A stretch of 64,000 nucleotides of DNA, taken from the NCBI GenBank assembly GCA_963794325.1, contig CAWCDG010000004.1, positions 1,504,001 through 1,568,000 of the forward strand. Reading direction: 5' to 3'. The position numbers were made by a program, and so were the translations under genes. The stretch's first letter is position 1. Each line of letters begins with the position of its first letter. Source of the stretch: an uncultured delta proteobacterium (GTDB lineage Bacteria; Desulfobacterota; Binatia; Binatales; Binataceae). Under the pieces are notes generated by a model that ran no database searches, was not told where the DNA came from, and was given only the letters and a program-made list of their open reading frames with translations. Shown here one piece after another: positions 30,995 through 42,303 of the stretch.

Positions 30995-32965
30995 ATGCAG
31001 AACGGGAACAAGGGATTCGGAGGAACGCGGTGGCGGAGTTTGTTGGTGGCTGCCGTGGCAACGATCGGAACACTCTGGACCTCAGTCGCAATGGCGACGA
31101 TCACTCAGGGTGATTTTTCAGTTTTCGGATTTTTCGAAAGCCGCGAGGCGGGTCACTGGGGTGAAGGCAGCTCGAGTATCAACTCGACTCAAACCACGCT
31201 GGTTCACCCGACTGTCACCTCGACCTTTTCGATTCCCGGCCAGTCGTTCGGGATCACCGGCGGCAGTTTCGATTTCAATCATTGGGATCTGGCCGAGATG
31301 CGGCAGCTGGCCGACGTACGGCCCGATTACCACACGGTCAAGAACTACAAACTGCTCGGCCGCTTCGACACGCTGTTCGTCAAGGATGCCGACTTTTTCG
31401 CATACTACCGGCCCTGGTACGACGCGGTAGGATCGCTGAAAAGTATCGGACGCTCGCGGCCCAATACTGACGCCATTCCGTACTCACATAGCCAGTCCAC
31501 CGATAGCGGGCTCACGCAGAATGGCTCGCTGCAGAACGAATATTTCAAAAACGATCTTCGCGAATATTATGGGCAGTTGAATTTTACCGACAACTTCTCC
31601 GCCCGTATCGGCAAGCAGCAGGTCATCTGGTCGGAAGCTGACGCGCTGTCCGGGACCGAAGTTACCAATCCGGTCAACGCGACCTGGCACGGAGTTTACG
31701 GCGCAGAGTCGGCCGAAGACACGCGCACGAATCTCCGGATGGTCAAGCTGAACTACATCCTGCCCGACTTCCTGAAGACCGCCAACAACGAGTTGGAAGG
31801 CTTCTGGATTCCGGGCGACTTTCAGGGCGACGGAATTAAGCTGAACGGCGATCCGCGCAATCCGTACGTTGTCCCGGCTGCATTCGGCGGCGGCTGCGTA
31901 ACCTGTGGAAGTGGCCCGGACGGGATCTTCCCGGTTAACATCAACCAGAACGGCCAAATCATCAACGCCAGCGAGGTCCCGAATTTCGACCCCAAGGGGA
32001 TGATCTTCATACCCATTGGACCATCGTCCAAGAAAAATGGCGCTGCATGCACTACACCAGGAAAGCGTGGTTGTTTCGCGACCGGAGAATTCTACGACTT
32101 CCATGCCGTGAATCTGAGCCGCAAGCCGTCAAACTCAATTGAAAACAGCGAATTCGGCGCGCGCTACTCGAGCCTGCTGCCGATTGGAAACGGACTCCAG
32201 ACCAGCTTTATCTTCCTGTACGAATATCGCAACGCGAAAACCGAAACCTGCTACGCCTGCGCAGCGAGCGTCACCGGAGTGCCGGGTTCGATCGCGATTG
32301 CTCCGGGCACATTCCTCCTCCCCGGTTACTATCTCCATGGCAAGCCGCGCGCGGGGGTCCAGAAGGGCGGAAGCGTCGAGGCATTTTCCAAGACTGACTA
32401 CGTGCGCAATAAGTTCTTTGGCTTGACCGGAACTTACTACGACAAAGACCTGACCGATATCGTGTACCGATACGACATTCTCTATCAGCCGGACATCAAT
32501 GCCGCCGTACCGGGCGCGTTTGATGCGAGGGGTCAGGAATGGACCGAATTCACCCGCTGGATCCTCGCAGGTGACCGTCCGACCTATATCCCGTGGCTAT
32601 CGAAGCAGCACACGTTCCTAACCGCTCAGGTCACTGAGACCTGGTACCCCGATCGTCCGGCCAACCAGACGACCCCGACATCGTCGGCCGGCAAAGTTCG
32701 TGAGCTGAGCACCTTGGGCTTCCTCGCGGCGACCAACTGGCTGATGAACGGGCAGTTGACGGCGACCAACGTCTTCCTGTGGGACGTGGACGACAACGTC
32801 GGTGAGCTATCAACCACCAACGTTTACCGCTATTCGCGAAACGTACTGCTCGGAGTGAACGCGCAGTGGTTCCTCGGGCGCAGCGGCCGTTTCACCGATC
32901 CGTACGTGCTCAGCCGATATCAGCGCTTCAACGAGCTGGAGTTCACCTTCACGTACGAAATCTAG
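30995..32965 (+). CDS. DUF1302-like outer-membrane beta-barrel protein
   Basis: Signal peptide; LREYY...RIGKQQVIWSEAD motif; C-terminal beta-signal-like FTFTYEI. Confidence 0.72.
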   Translation: MQNGNKGFGGTRWRSLLVAAVATIGTLWTSVAMATITQGDFSVFGFFESREAGHWGEGSSSINSTQTTLVHPTVTSTFSIPGQSFGITGGSFDFNHWDLAEMRQLADVRPDYHTVKNYKLLGRFDTLFVKDADFFAYYRPWYDAVGSLKSIGRSRPNTDAIPYSHSQSTDSGLTQNGSLQNEYFKNDLREYYGQLNFTDNFSARIGKQQVIWSEADALSGTEVTNPVNATWHGVYGAESAEDTRTNLRMVKLNYILPDFLKTANNELEGFWIPGDFQGDGIKLNGDPRNPYVVPAAFGGGCVTCGSGPDGIFPVNINQNGQIINASEVPNFDPKGMIFIPIGPSSKKNGAACTTPGKRGCFATGEFYDFHAVNLSRKPSNSIENSEFGARYSSLLPIGNGLQTSFIFLYEYRNAKTETCYACAASVTGVPGSIAIAPGTFLLPGYYLHGKPRAGVQKGGSVEAFSKTDYVRNKFFGLTGTYYDKDLTDIVYRYDILYQPDINAAVPGAFDARGQEWTEFTRWILAGDRPTYIPWLSKQHTFLTAQVTETWYPDRPANQTTPTSSAGKVRELSTLGFLAATNWLMNGQLTATNVFLWDVDDNVGELSTTNVYRYSRNVLLGVNAQWFLGRSGRFTDPYVLSRYQRFNELEFTFTYEI

Positions 32966-32984
32966 AAGTCGATTGGACTGATCG

Positions 32985-33022
32985 GGCGGCTGTGGCGTAT
33001 GCTACAGCCGCCTTTGTTTTTT
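32985..33022 (+). terminator. Rho-independent terminator
   Basis: GGCGGCTGTGGC-GTAT-GCTACAGCCGCC followed by TTTGTTTTT. Confidence 0.85.
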
Positions 33023-33098
33023 CGGCGAGAGAATCGTCCGGAGACCTCCTGCTATCGAGGTTCTTTCGCCCGCAATCTTTCCGGCTGCGCATGCCGCG

Positions 33099-33614
33099 AT
33101 GGACGATAACTCACAGACACATTGGTATCTGGTTCGTACCAAGACCGGTAAGGAGCGATGGGTCCGCGATCAACTCGCCAACCGGGTGCCGGAAGTCTTT
33201 CTGCCGATGCTGAAGGCCAAGGTGCCTCGATGGGGCCGGATGGTAGTGTCAATCGCTCCGCTGTTTCCATGCTACGTGTTTGCGAGGTTCGATCTTCAAA
33301 GCCAGTATTTCGACGTGAAGTACATGGCCGGCGTGCGCGCGATCGTATCGGCTGGAACCGATCCCCTCGCAGTGCCGACGCCGATAGTGACGGAGATTCG
33401 GCGCCGCGGGGTGGACGACGTGATCGAGATACCCGACAAGCCTTTTGGCACTGGTGAGCGGGTCGTCGTCGTGGACGGTCCCTTCCGAGGTTTCGAGGCT
33501 ATTTTTCAGCGTTATCTCGCAGGCGCCGAGCGAGTCGCGATTCTGCTAAGCGCAGTCGAATCGGGCGGCCTGCGCGTCGTATTGTCGGCCTCGGCGGTCG
33601 TCAAAGATTCGTGA
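33099..33614 (+). CDS. NusG-paralog transcription antiterminator (RfaH/UpxY-like)
   Basis: WYLVRTK...E, PLFPCYVF NGN domain and KOW domain GERVVVVDGPFRGFEAIF; heads a polysaccharide cluster. Confidence 0.9.
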   Translation: MDDNSQTHWYLVRTKTGKERWVRDQLANRVPEVFLPMLKAKVPRWGRMVVSIAPLFPCYVFARFDLQSQYFDVKYMAGVRAIVSAGTDPLAVPTPIVTEIRRRGVDDVIEIPDKPFGTGERVVVVDGPFRGFEAIFQRYLAGAERVAILLSAVESGGLRVVLSASAVVKDS

Positions 33615-33617
33615 CGG

Positions 33618-34196
33618 ATGCGCTCGCCGCGCCTATCGACAATCGCGCACGCACTTCTGCCAAGTGTCGCGACCGCGATCGCATTCGCAGCCTGCTCGGC
33701 CAGCTCGCCCGCAGTCGTGTCAGCGCAGAAGAAGGTCCAGGGACTACTGGGACAGCCCAACGTTACGGCATTCCTGGACGTGAGATTCGGTGATTCTCTG
33801 TATCGCGTTCAGAACCGTTTCCCCAACGGCAGCCTGGAGACCGCTCCGTACGGCGCCGACACCTACCGAATCAACAACATCGAGGTCGACGGAATCCGAT
33901 ATAGCCAAGTCAAGTACGAGTTCACGACGTACTCGGGGATGCAGCTGGTGATGGCGTGGTTCACGCCCGATTCGAGCGAGAAGGTACTCGCGAAATTGGT
34001 CGCAGCCGTCGGGCCGCCGACCGAGCAGAACAGCGCCAAGAGTAGCTCGCCCGCTGACACGCAAGCGCTCTGGCAACTTCCACACGGCGAACGCGTCGTC
34101 TATGACGGTCCGAAGCGATTCGTGGCGGTGCTGGGCCCGGGAGGCGGTCCGCTCAAAAAAGATGCTTTGGAGAACGAATCGCCCGATAGCCCCTGA
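33618..34196 (+). CDS. Hypothetical lipoprotein
   Basis: Signal peptide with lipobox-like FAAC; 192 aa. Confidence 0.7.
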   Translation: MRSPRLSTIAHALLPSVATAIAFAACSASSPAVVSAQKKVQGLLGQPNVTAFLDVRFGDSLYRVQNRFPNGSLETAPYGADTYRINNIEVDGIRYSQVKYEFTTYSGMQLVMAWFTPDSSEKVLAKLVAAVGPPTEQNSAKSSSPADTQALWQLPHGERVVYDGPKRFVAVLGPGGGPLKKDALENESPDSP

Positions 34197-34596
34197 CAGC
34201 GGCGCCACCTGCCACCCATCGCGGCAATGACGATGGATGCTTGCTTGATGTTCGTCTCATTAGCGTGTTATAACGCACCTTCGGGGTTCTCGACGGTATT
34301 AGGCTAACCAGATTTGAACGCTGGGGATCTATCCGATCTGCGGCGTGGTCTGTGCAATCTGGACGGTGATCGCTCAGTTTTGGTGATCTTTGCGCTGGCC
34401 TGCGTAATCACGGGATGGCGGACGCATGCCAGACTCGGTCGTCATTTTGGTACGCAAGTCAAAAACACAGCCTGTCCGCTCATGATTAGCTATCCCCCTT
34501 CCTTTAATAGGAATTTTAGCTATCATGGCGTGGCTCAGGCTTTAACAGGGACCCGGGGGTGCTCGTGATTTTCACGAGATACGAGGGTGCCTTACC

Positions 34597-37500
34597 ATGA
34601 GTAGTGTTATTAAACAAGCAGTTCAAGTAAGCCTAAAGATTCTCGTCGTACTGTTCGCGGTGCTGTTCATCACCGCCTCGGCGTACGCGCAAATGAATGA
34701 CTCCAGCGGTGGAGCGCTCGGCGGCGCCAGCGGTCTGGATAGCTCCGGAGGCGCGGCCAACGGACAGAATTTTGGCACGGAAGGCGATTCACAAAATGGA
34801 CCGGTGAACAACACGATCCGTCGCGGATGCGCCGATCCGGCCGATCCGAATGCGGCCGATTCCGGTCTGCCGCCGTGCGCGAATTCGAATTCAGATAGCA
34901 GCGATTCCGATCAAGTTACGCCATCAACTCTTTCCGGCGGCACTGCTGGGCCGGCTGGTGCGTCGTCCGCGATGCGTGGGGCGCAGGGCTTCGCGAACAC
35001 GATGAACAAGCAGTCGATGGGTGCTGTCATCCAGCAGCTTGGAATTTCCCCCGACGAACTCGGCAGCTTGAAAAATGAAATGGCGTCGGGCGGTCTCAGC
35101 CCTGACGACATGCAGGAGCTGTGTCTCCATTTCGCCGCGAAGCAACTCAGTGCCAGCGACGTCACGGGCATCGCCAAGTCTCTCGGACTGAGTTTCACCG
35201 ATCAGCAGCTGGCGCAACTTAAGAGTTGCACTGGACTCGCGGGAGACGGTGGATCGGATGAGACCGCATCGCCCGGGCAACAGATGGGGATGACGCCCTC
35301 GCAATCGACGTCTTCTTCAAATCCGAATCAGTCGGCGTCGTCGGTCGAATCGCAGTTCCGCGGTCTTGATTCCGCGGTCGCTCCCGCCGCGCCGAGCACG
35401 CGCAACCTGCAGCAATTCGGGTACTCGCTGTTTGCCTCGCGCGTCTCGACCTTCGCTCCGGTATCAAACGTCCCGGTCAGCGACTACTACGTGATCGGTC
35501 CCGGCGACCAGCTCAAGATGCTGATGTGGGGACGTATCAACAACACGCTGAATCTGACGGTCGGCCGCGACGGCTCGGTGAGCATCCCCGAAATAGGGCC
35601 ACTCCAGGTTGCAGGGTTGAACTTCGCGCAGACCAAGAAGCTCATCGAGGATCACGCCGGACAAATCACGGGCGTCAAAGTCGACGTCACGATGGGCAAG
35701 CTGAAAACTATCCAGGTGTACGTGGTCGGCGAAGTCCAGCAGCCCGGCGCCTACACCGTCAGCGCGTTGTCGCACGTATCGAACGCGCTCGGCGCCGCCG
35801 GTGGCATCACGAAGATCGGCAGCCTGCGCAAGGTCGAACTTCGGCGCGGCAATCAATTGGTGCGCGTGATCGATCTCTACTCGCTGCTACTCGCCGGCAA
35901 TGAGCAAGGCGACGAGCAACTGCAGCCCGACGACGTTATCTTCGTACCGGTCATCGGTCCTGTGGTTGGAATGATCGGCGACGTGAAGCGGCCCGCTATC
36001 TACGAGCTCAACCGCTCCGGCGAGCCGCTCAACTCGGTAATCAAGCTCGGCGGCGGAATCGGCGCGTTCGGCTACTCGCAGCGGGTACAGGTCGAGCGGG
36101 TTGACGCCCATGAGAAACGAATCGCACTCGATGTCGATCTCAACGATATCCGATCGCAGCGCTTCGACATCCGCGACGGCGATCTAATCAAGGTTTATCC
36201 GGTGCTCCCGACGCAGAGGGACATCGTGACCGTGCGCGGGAGCGTCAATCGTCCCGGAAAATTCGAATGGCATCAGGGGATGCGGGTCGGCGACCTGGTG
36301 CAACTCGCCGAAGGTCCGGCGCCCCATACTTTTTTCAAGTACGCGCTGATTCGCCGCAAGGAAGGCAAGGCCAGGACGGTGCGGCTGGTGCCGGTCGATC
36401 TCGGTGAAGCGATGTCCGACGTGGTCGGCGGGCCGCAGAACATTTCACTCGAGCAGGAAGATGAGCTGACCGTATTCAGCGAATCGCAGATGAAGTATCT
36501 GCCCACGGTGCAGGTTTTCGGCGAGGTTCGAAATCCCGGCTACTACGTGATGAGCCAGGGGATGCATGTCAGCGACCTGCTGTATCTTGCGGGCGGGCTC
36601 AAGGACGACGCGTACCAGAAGGACGCCGAAATCGCGCGCACGCAGGTCATCAACGGCAGCCATACCAGCCACACTTTCATGGACGTCGATTTGCGCGCGG
36701 CCATGTCCGGCAGTGACGAGCACAATCCCGAACTGGTGGCCAACGATCAGTTGTTCGTGCGCCGCGCATCGGACTGGCATCTGCCGTGGGTCGTGATGGT
36801 GAAGGGGATGGTCGCGCGGCCGGGGCCTTATACGATTCACGACGGCGAAAGAATCGCGTCGGTGCTCGAGCGATCGGGTGGCTTGTTGCCCGATGCCTAC
36901 CTGCCGGCGACCGTGCTGATTCGCCACTCGATAAGAGAGCTTCAGCAAAAACGCCTCGACGAGGCTCGCGAACGCTTGCAGCAGTCGATCGTGCGCATCC
37001 AGATGAATCCGGGCACCATGAACCAGTTGGCTGCCACCCAGAGTCCTCAGAACCAAAATCCCGCAACCAGTCCGCAAACGCTCAACGCACTCGAGCGCGT
37101 GCTGACGGAAACCGAAGGCCAGCAGGCCCAGGGCCGTCTCGTCGTCCACATGCATCCGCTTAACGAGCTGGCCAATTCGCCGGATAACGTGGTGCTGGTC
37201 GATCAGGACCAGGTGACAATCCCGCGCCGTCCCGACGCCGTGAACGTGCTCGGCCAGGTGTACAGCCCCAACGCGATCGTCTATCGCCCCGGGCTGACCA
37301 CGCGCGATTATCTCAATCAGGCCGGCGGCCCGAACGAAGGCGCCGACGCCGAACACATCATGGTGATCAAGGCCGACGGCTCTGTGATGACCGACGAAGG
37401 AATCAAGGCGAGCAAGGAATCGACGATGTTCCCGCTGCTGCCGGTGATATCGGGCGGCCTGATGTCGGCGCGGCTTGACCCTGGCGATACGGTGTACGTT

Positions 37501-37614
37501 CCTGAGAAACTAATTTACGAAAATAAGTTGCAGAACACGGCCACGATCACGCAGATTATAGCGAATGCAGCTTCGTCGCTGGCTGTGATAGGAATATTGG
37601 GCTCGAGTTTGTAG
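34597..37614 (+). CDS. Large SLBB-domain polysaccharide export protein (Wza/KpsD-like)
   Basis: FGYSLF, YVIGPGD Poly_export motif and multiple SLBB repeats (VGEVQQPG, GDVKRPAIYE, GSVNRPG, GEVRNPG). Confidence 0.9.
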   Translation: MSSVIKQAVQVSLKILVVLFAVLFITASAYAQMNDSSGGALGGASGLDSSGGAANGQNFGTEGDSQNGPVNNTIRRGCADPADPNAADSGLPPCANSNSDSSDSDQVTPSTLSGGTAGPAGASSAMRGAQGFANTMNKQSMGAVIQQLGISPDELGSLKNEMASGGLSPDDMQELCLHFAAKQLSASDVTGIAKSLGLSFTDQQLAQLKSCTGLAGDGGSDETASPGQQMGMTPSQSTSSSNPNQSASSVESQFRGLDSAVAPAAPSTRNLQQFGYSLFASRVSTFAPVSNVPVSDYYVIGPGDQLKMLMWGRINNTLNLTVGRDGSVSIPEIGPLQVAGLNFAQTKKLIEDHAGQITGVKVDVTMGKLKTIQVYVVGEVQQPGAYTVSALSHVSNALGAAGGITKIGSLRKVELRRGNQLVRVIDLYSLLLAGNEQGDEQLQPDDVIFVPVIGPVVGMIGDVKRPAIYELNRSGEPLNSVIKLGGGIGAFGYSQRVQVERVDAHEKRIALDVDLNDIRSQRFDIRDGDLIKVYPVLPTQRDIVTVRGSVNRPGKFEWHQGMRVGDLVQLAEGPAPHTFFKYALIRRKEGKARTVRLVPVDLGEAMSDVVGGPQNISLEQEDELTVFSESQMKYLPTVQVFGEVRNPGYYVMSQGMHVSDLLYLAGGLKDDAYQKDAEIARTQVINGSHTSHTFMDVDLRAAMSGSDEHNPELVANDQLFVRRASDWHLPWVVMVKGMVARPGPYTIHDGERIASVLERSGGLLPDAYLPATVLIRHSIRELQQKRLDEARERLQQSIVRIQMNPGTMNQLAATQSPQNQNPATSPQTLNALERVLTETEGQQAQGRLVVHMHPLNELANSPDNVVLVDQDQVTIPRRPDAVNVLGQVYSPNAIVYRPGLTTRDYLNQAGGPNEGADAEHIMVIKADGSVMTDEGIKASKESTMFPLLPVISGGLMSARLDPGDTVYVPEKLIYENKLQNTATITQIIANAASSLAVIGILGSSL

Positions 37615-37633
37615 CGGATCGCAGGGTCAACGG

Positions 37634-38374
37634 GTGGGGGTTCGAGTGGGGGTTCGGAAAACAATCATCGCAGCTGCGATGGGCTTCGCCTTAATCGGCG
37701 CGGCTTCGGCACGGGCGCAACAGCCCGTGAGCTCGCGCGCGGAGAACGATCGCTTATTCCGCGCCGCGGCGGAGCTATACAGCATCGACCCCGATCTGCT
37801 GGCCGCAATTGCGAGCGTCGAGTCGGGCGGCAATTCCGCCGCGGTCTCGCCCAAGGGTGCGCAGGGCCTGATGCAACTCATGCCCGCGACGGCGGATCGC
37901 TTTCGCGTGCTCGATCCCTTCGATCCTGTCAGCAATACGCTCGGCGCAGTCCGGTTCATAAGTTTTCTACGACAGTATCGCACCACCCACAGCGATGGCG
38001 CGCCTTTGAACCTGCCCGAGATGCTCGCGGCGTATAACGCGGGCGAGGGCGCGGTCGACAAGTACAACGGCATCCCGCCGTATCCTGAGACCCAGCAATA
38101 CGTCCGCAAAGTCCTGGTTGCTTATCTGTTCCGCAACTCTCGCAGCCCGCTCGCCCAACGCCTCGGTGCGCGTCCGGTCGAGCAGACGGATTCCGGGGTC
38201 CAGCCGATGCGTTCGAAGCCGGCGATCAGCCATTTGCATCCGGTATTGACGCAGCAAAAGAATCCGCCGGTCGATTCGATCGACAAGCTCACCGAGATCC
38301 AGCGCCTGCGACAAATCGAGCTCGCCAAACAACAGACCGCCAGCCGCTTCGGTGAATCCGATGGACCCCGTTAG
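37634..38374 (+). CDS. Lytic transglycosylase (SLT domain)
   Basis: VES, AVSPKGAQGLMQLMPAT, LAAYNAGEG and ETQQYV motifs; signal peptide. Confidence 0.92.
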   Translation: MGVRVGVRKTIIAAAMGFALIGAASARAQQPVSSRAENDRLFRAAAELYSIDPDLLAAIASVESGGNSAAVSPKGAQGLMQLMPATADRFRVLDPFDPVSNTLGAVRFISFLRQYRTTHSDGAPLNLPEMLAAYNAGEGAVDKYNGIPPYPETQQYVRKVLVAYLFRNSRSPLAQRLGARPVEQTDSGVQPMRSKPAISHLHPVLTQQKNPPVDSIDKLTEIQRLRQIELAKQQTASRFGESDGPR

Positions 38375-40053
38375 CGCCTCGCGGCCGTCGCGCCGGATAA
38401 AATTTCCGCTGATGCTGGCGGCGCTCGCGCTCGTTATGGATCGCGCGCCCCGCTTTCGCATCGACCTACGCCGCATATATCCCTCTCGACAGCTCGATCT
38501 ACGACGAGCTCGACACGCTGAACGACCTGGGATTGGCCGACAGCTACATCGAGGAAATTCAGCCGATTAGCCGCGTCGAAGCCGCGCGCATCACGGTCGA
38601 GGCCGAAGCGAAACTGTCCGAAATGCAGGAACAGAATCAACTCGCGCGCAGCGTTATCAGCGAGTTGCGGATGCAGTTGCCCGAAGAAGTGCAATGGATC
38701 GAGAACGATCACGAAGACAACCTGCCCACGATGTTCCATCCGATCGAGCGCATCGAGGGCGAGTACGTTTTGTCCGAAGGCAAGCGACGTTCGCTCAATA
38801 CCACCGACACACCGACCAACCCGAATGGAGGCGGAATCGACTTCCAGGAAGGCACTCCGCTTCTGCCGAACAACGACAACCTCTCCACCGACCAGGGGAG
38901 CAATGAAATCCTGCGGTGGTCGGGATGGGGCGGATTCGGCGGCTTCATCACCGGTTACGGCGAAGGCGCGCTCGCTGGCCCGATAACTGACAGTCCGAGT
39001 CAGGCAAATCGCGCGCAACTTTTGACCGGCGCGATGGTCGTCAGTCTCGGCAACACTGCGATCTCCTTCGGGCAGGAAGAGACGTCGTGGGGCGTCTCAC
39101 ATTACAACCAGCTATCGCAATCGAATAACGGGCAGCCGTTCCCGGCTTTGCGCATCCAGAATATCCATCCCGGACATCTGCCCGGGATTTTGCGTTACCT
39201 CGGATTGTATCGGTACCAGGCGTTCCTCGGGCAGCTCAACTCGGGACGAACGTTTTCGCGGCCATGGCTTTCCGGCCACATGATTACGTTCAGAACGCTG
39301 CCGTCTTTTGAATGGGGTATCGAACATACGATCATGTTCGGTGGCCGCGGCAACGACAACTACAGCCCCGCGGGATTCGTCGGCAACCTGACTGGTCTTT
39401 CGACTGGCAACTCGTCGACCGCCAATACCAACACCCGCTTCGGCATATTCGGCAAGGTGTACATCAAGCGACTGCGAGATACGCAAATCTATGCCGAGGA
39501 CCTGGCGGAAGACTTTTTCAATGCGGGCGGCCAGAGCGGATTCAAGCTGCCGTTCAAGGGACCGTCGTACACTGCCGGAATATACCTTCCACGGCTCACG
39601 CTCGACGGACGCACCACTGCGCGATTCGAATACGCGCTCACCGACAAGGAGTATTCAGTCCACAGCGACTCGCTGTACTGGAGTTACAACAACTCCCTGA
39701 TGGGCAGTTCGCTGGGGCCGGGTGCGTGGCAGGTTAATTTCGAGATCGATCGATGGGTGAATCTGCAGTCGCGCGTGGGTGTCGACACTTTCTATACTCG
39801 TCGTCAGGCAATCGCGACTCCGTATTACACACCGCCGACGCGCAATACCGAGACCGGTTACGGCGTCGCACTTGATTTCCTCCACCTGCCGCTGGAAATT
39901 GCGCCGCTGGCAAATTCGCTGGGCGAGATGAAGGCGCGCGCCGGAATGGAATACGTGACCGACATAAACTCCACCAACCAGAATTCTTTCCGCGCGCTCG
40001 TCCAGTTGAGCCTCGCGTTCAATCCGTCATGGGGCGGTTTCGTCTGGCATTAG
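38361..40053 (+). CDS. Capsule assembly Wzi-family outer-membrane protein (signal peptide separated by an apparent +1 frameshift at 38438-38439)
   Basis: Removing one G joins MDPVS...LALVM to IARPAFASTYAAYIPLDSSIYDEL and ORF 38533..40053; GQEETSWG...SNN.QPFP and MFGG motifs. Confidence 0.75.
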
Positions 40054-40080
40054 GCGCAAAACGTCACTTCTGCAAAATTG

Positions 40081-41124
40081 ATGGATCCCTCAGGCAGTAA
40101 CGGGCATTCGACTTCGTCCGCGAGCGGCAACGCCGCGCATGCTCGTCTCACTGACGCGCAGCACGCAACCCTGCAGTTTCTCTACTACGTCGATCTGCTG
40201 CGATCGCGATGGGTGCTGATTGCGTCGCTCACCATCGGAATCGGCCTCGGCTACGGCTTGTATACAAAATTCATGACCGTGAAATGGTATCGCGCGCAGG
40301 CCATCGTCACTCCAGTGGCGCCCGAAGAGGGACTTGGGCTTTCGATGGGCTCGGGAGGCGCGGGTCAGATGGTTGATGGACTGGGCGGGGGAATCGCGTC
40401 AATCCTCGAAGGCGGCGGCACCGACACCGTTACTCTGGCGGAACGTTACACCGCAATCATGAACAGCTATGCGTTCACGACCGACCTCGTCAACAAGTAT
40501 CATCTGGAGCACAACATCATCGGGGTCCGCAGTGCGAAAGCTCCGACTGTGACGAAGTGGTCGCTTCATAGGATGATCGCGGATCGATTCAACACCGAAT
40601 ACGACTTCAAGAGCGGCAACCTCACCCTGTATTTCCTGGATCCGTCGCCGGCCGAGGCTCAACGTGTGCTCGGATTTTACCTCGACAGCCTGCGTGACAA
40701 GCTCCGCAACGAGGAAGTGGAAGCGGGCGCGAGCGCCGCTGCGTCCCTCGAAGAGGAGGTCCGCAAGACTTCTGACGCGCTTCTGCAGACGCAACTCTAC
40801 GAGCTGATGGCGCGGCAGGTTCAGCGCGAGAAGATCGCGCAGGTGCAATCCGACTTCGCCTTCAAGGTGGTCGAGCCGCCGGTCGTGCCCGACAACTATT
40901 TCGAGCCGAAGGCCCGCAACAACGCGATATTAGCCGCCTGGATCACATTCGCGCTCGTCTGCACGTGGATTCTTGTGTCAGATTTCATTCGCCGCGCGAA
41001 GGAGCAATTCGCAGCTATCAACCAGGCGCCGGCCGATCAGACGGCTGACGATCAGCCGCCGCGCCCCGACGATGGCGAGGAAGTACATCCTCGCTTCGTT
41101 CGCAATCTTCGCCCCAAAGCCTGA
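40081..41124 (+). CDS. Wzz/GumC-like polysaccharide co-polymerase (chain-length determinant)
   Basis: Two terminal TM helices, coiled coil, and VVEPPVVP..F.P motif before TM2. Confidence 0.82.
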   Translation: MDPSGSNGHSTSSASGNAAHARLTDAQHATLQFLYYVDLLRSRWVLIASLTIGIGLGYGLYTKFMTVKWYRAQAIVTPVAPEEGLGLSMGSGGAGQMVDGLGGGIASILEGGGTDTVTLAERYTAIMNSYAFTTDLVNKYHLEHNIIGVRSAKAPTVTKWSLHRMIADRFNTEYDFKSGNLTLYFLDPSPAEAQRVLGFYLDSLRDKLRNEEVEAGASAAASLEEEVRKTSDALLQTQLYELMARQVQREKIAQVQSDFAFKVVEPPVVPDNYFEPKARNNAILAAWITFALVCTWILVSDFIRRAKEQFAAINQAPADQTADDQPPRPDDGEEVHPRFVRNLRPKA

Positions 41125-41207
41125 CGCCGCGTCTCTCACCCACCGTTCGGCGCCCCGCGAGACTTCCCTTCATTCGAGTTGCCTATCCGGCTGATGAATC
41201 CAACTCC

Positions 41208-42297
41208 ATGATTCTCGGCTGTCTTCACAGGCCTGACCGAGCATGGCGGCATTCAGCGCTATGGACGCCACGCCGCCGCGGTTATCGCAACGGTGGCGCG
41301 CGATCGCGGCGAAGATTATTGCTTCCTCGGCCTGAACGATCCTGCGGGCGATCATGAAATCGAGTCCGCCGGCGTCCGCTTCTCAATCGCCGGGTTCGCG
41401 CGGAACAAACCGGCGACGATTCGTGCCGTGCTGGCTCGAGCGCGACAGGCTCGGCTCGCATATCTCAATCATCCTAATCTGGCGCCGCTTGGACTTGGTT
41501 TGCGCGGGCTGAACCCGCGCTTGCGATACATCGTGAGCACCTATGGTTTCGAGGTGTGGGAACCGCTGCCCAGCGTGCGAGGATTTGCCCTGCAGCGGGC
41601 GGATAGGGTTACCGCGATCGCGGGATTTAACGCAGTCAAAGTGTCGGAGCTCCAGCATATCGCGCCGGATCGAATCACGATCGTGCCGTGCGCGCTCGAT
41701 CCGGAATTTTCAGACCTCAACAATGACCCGCAACGGCGTCATTCGAGCGAACCGCCGATCCTGCTTACGGTTGCGCGGCTGATGAGCGCCGAGCGCGGCG
41801 AGTACAAGGGCGTCGATACGGTTATCGAGGCGATGCCCGAGGTGCTGGCTGCATTTCCTGGCGTTCGCTACGTGATCGTCGGTGACGGTGACGATCGCCC
41901 GCGTCTCGAAAGACTCGCGCAGCAAACCGGGGTGCAGGATCGCGTGACGTTCACGGGGGCCGTGGATGCCGCGGCGCTGCGCGCATACTACGAGGCGTGC
42001 GAAATCTTCGTGATGCCGAGCAGGACCGAGGGCTTCGGCATCGTGTTCCTGGAGGCGATGGCGGTGGGAAAGCCGGTCATCGGTGGCAATCATGGCGGAA
42101 CGCCCGAGGTCTGGGCCGACGGCTCGGCGGGGTTCCTGGTTGACCATGGCGATGTGCGCGCACTTGCCGGCCGCCTGAAACTTTTGTTGGGCGACTCCGA
42201 GCTGCGCGCCCGGATGGGCGCGGCGGGGCGCGCGCTGGTCGCTGAGAACTTCAGTTTCGCGCGCTTCCGCCAGAACTTCGGAGAACTGCTGGTCTAA
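41208..42297 (+). CDS. Glycosyltransferase family 4 (N-terminus apparently frameshifted at 41217-41218)
   Basis: GGIQRY N-terminal motif, YKGVD, EGFGIVFLEAM. ATG 41208 joins the main frame if one G is removed; otherwise GTG 41293. Confidence 0.85.
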
Positions 42298-42303
42298 TCC
42301 GAA

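Noticed and set aside
34314-34568. 84-aa TTG-start ORF before the export gene
   Set aside because: No RBS or motifs; more likely promoter/leader DNA.
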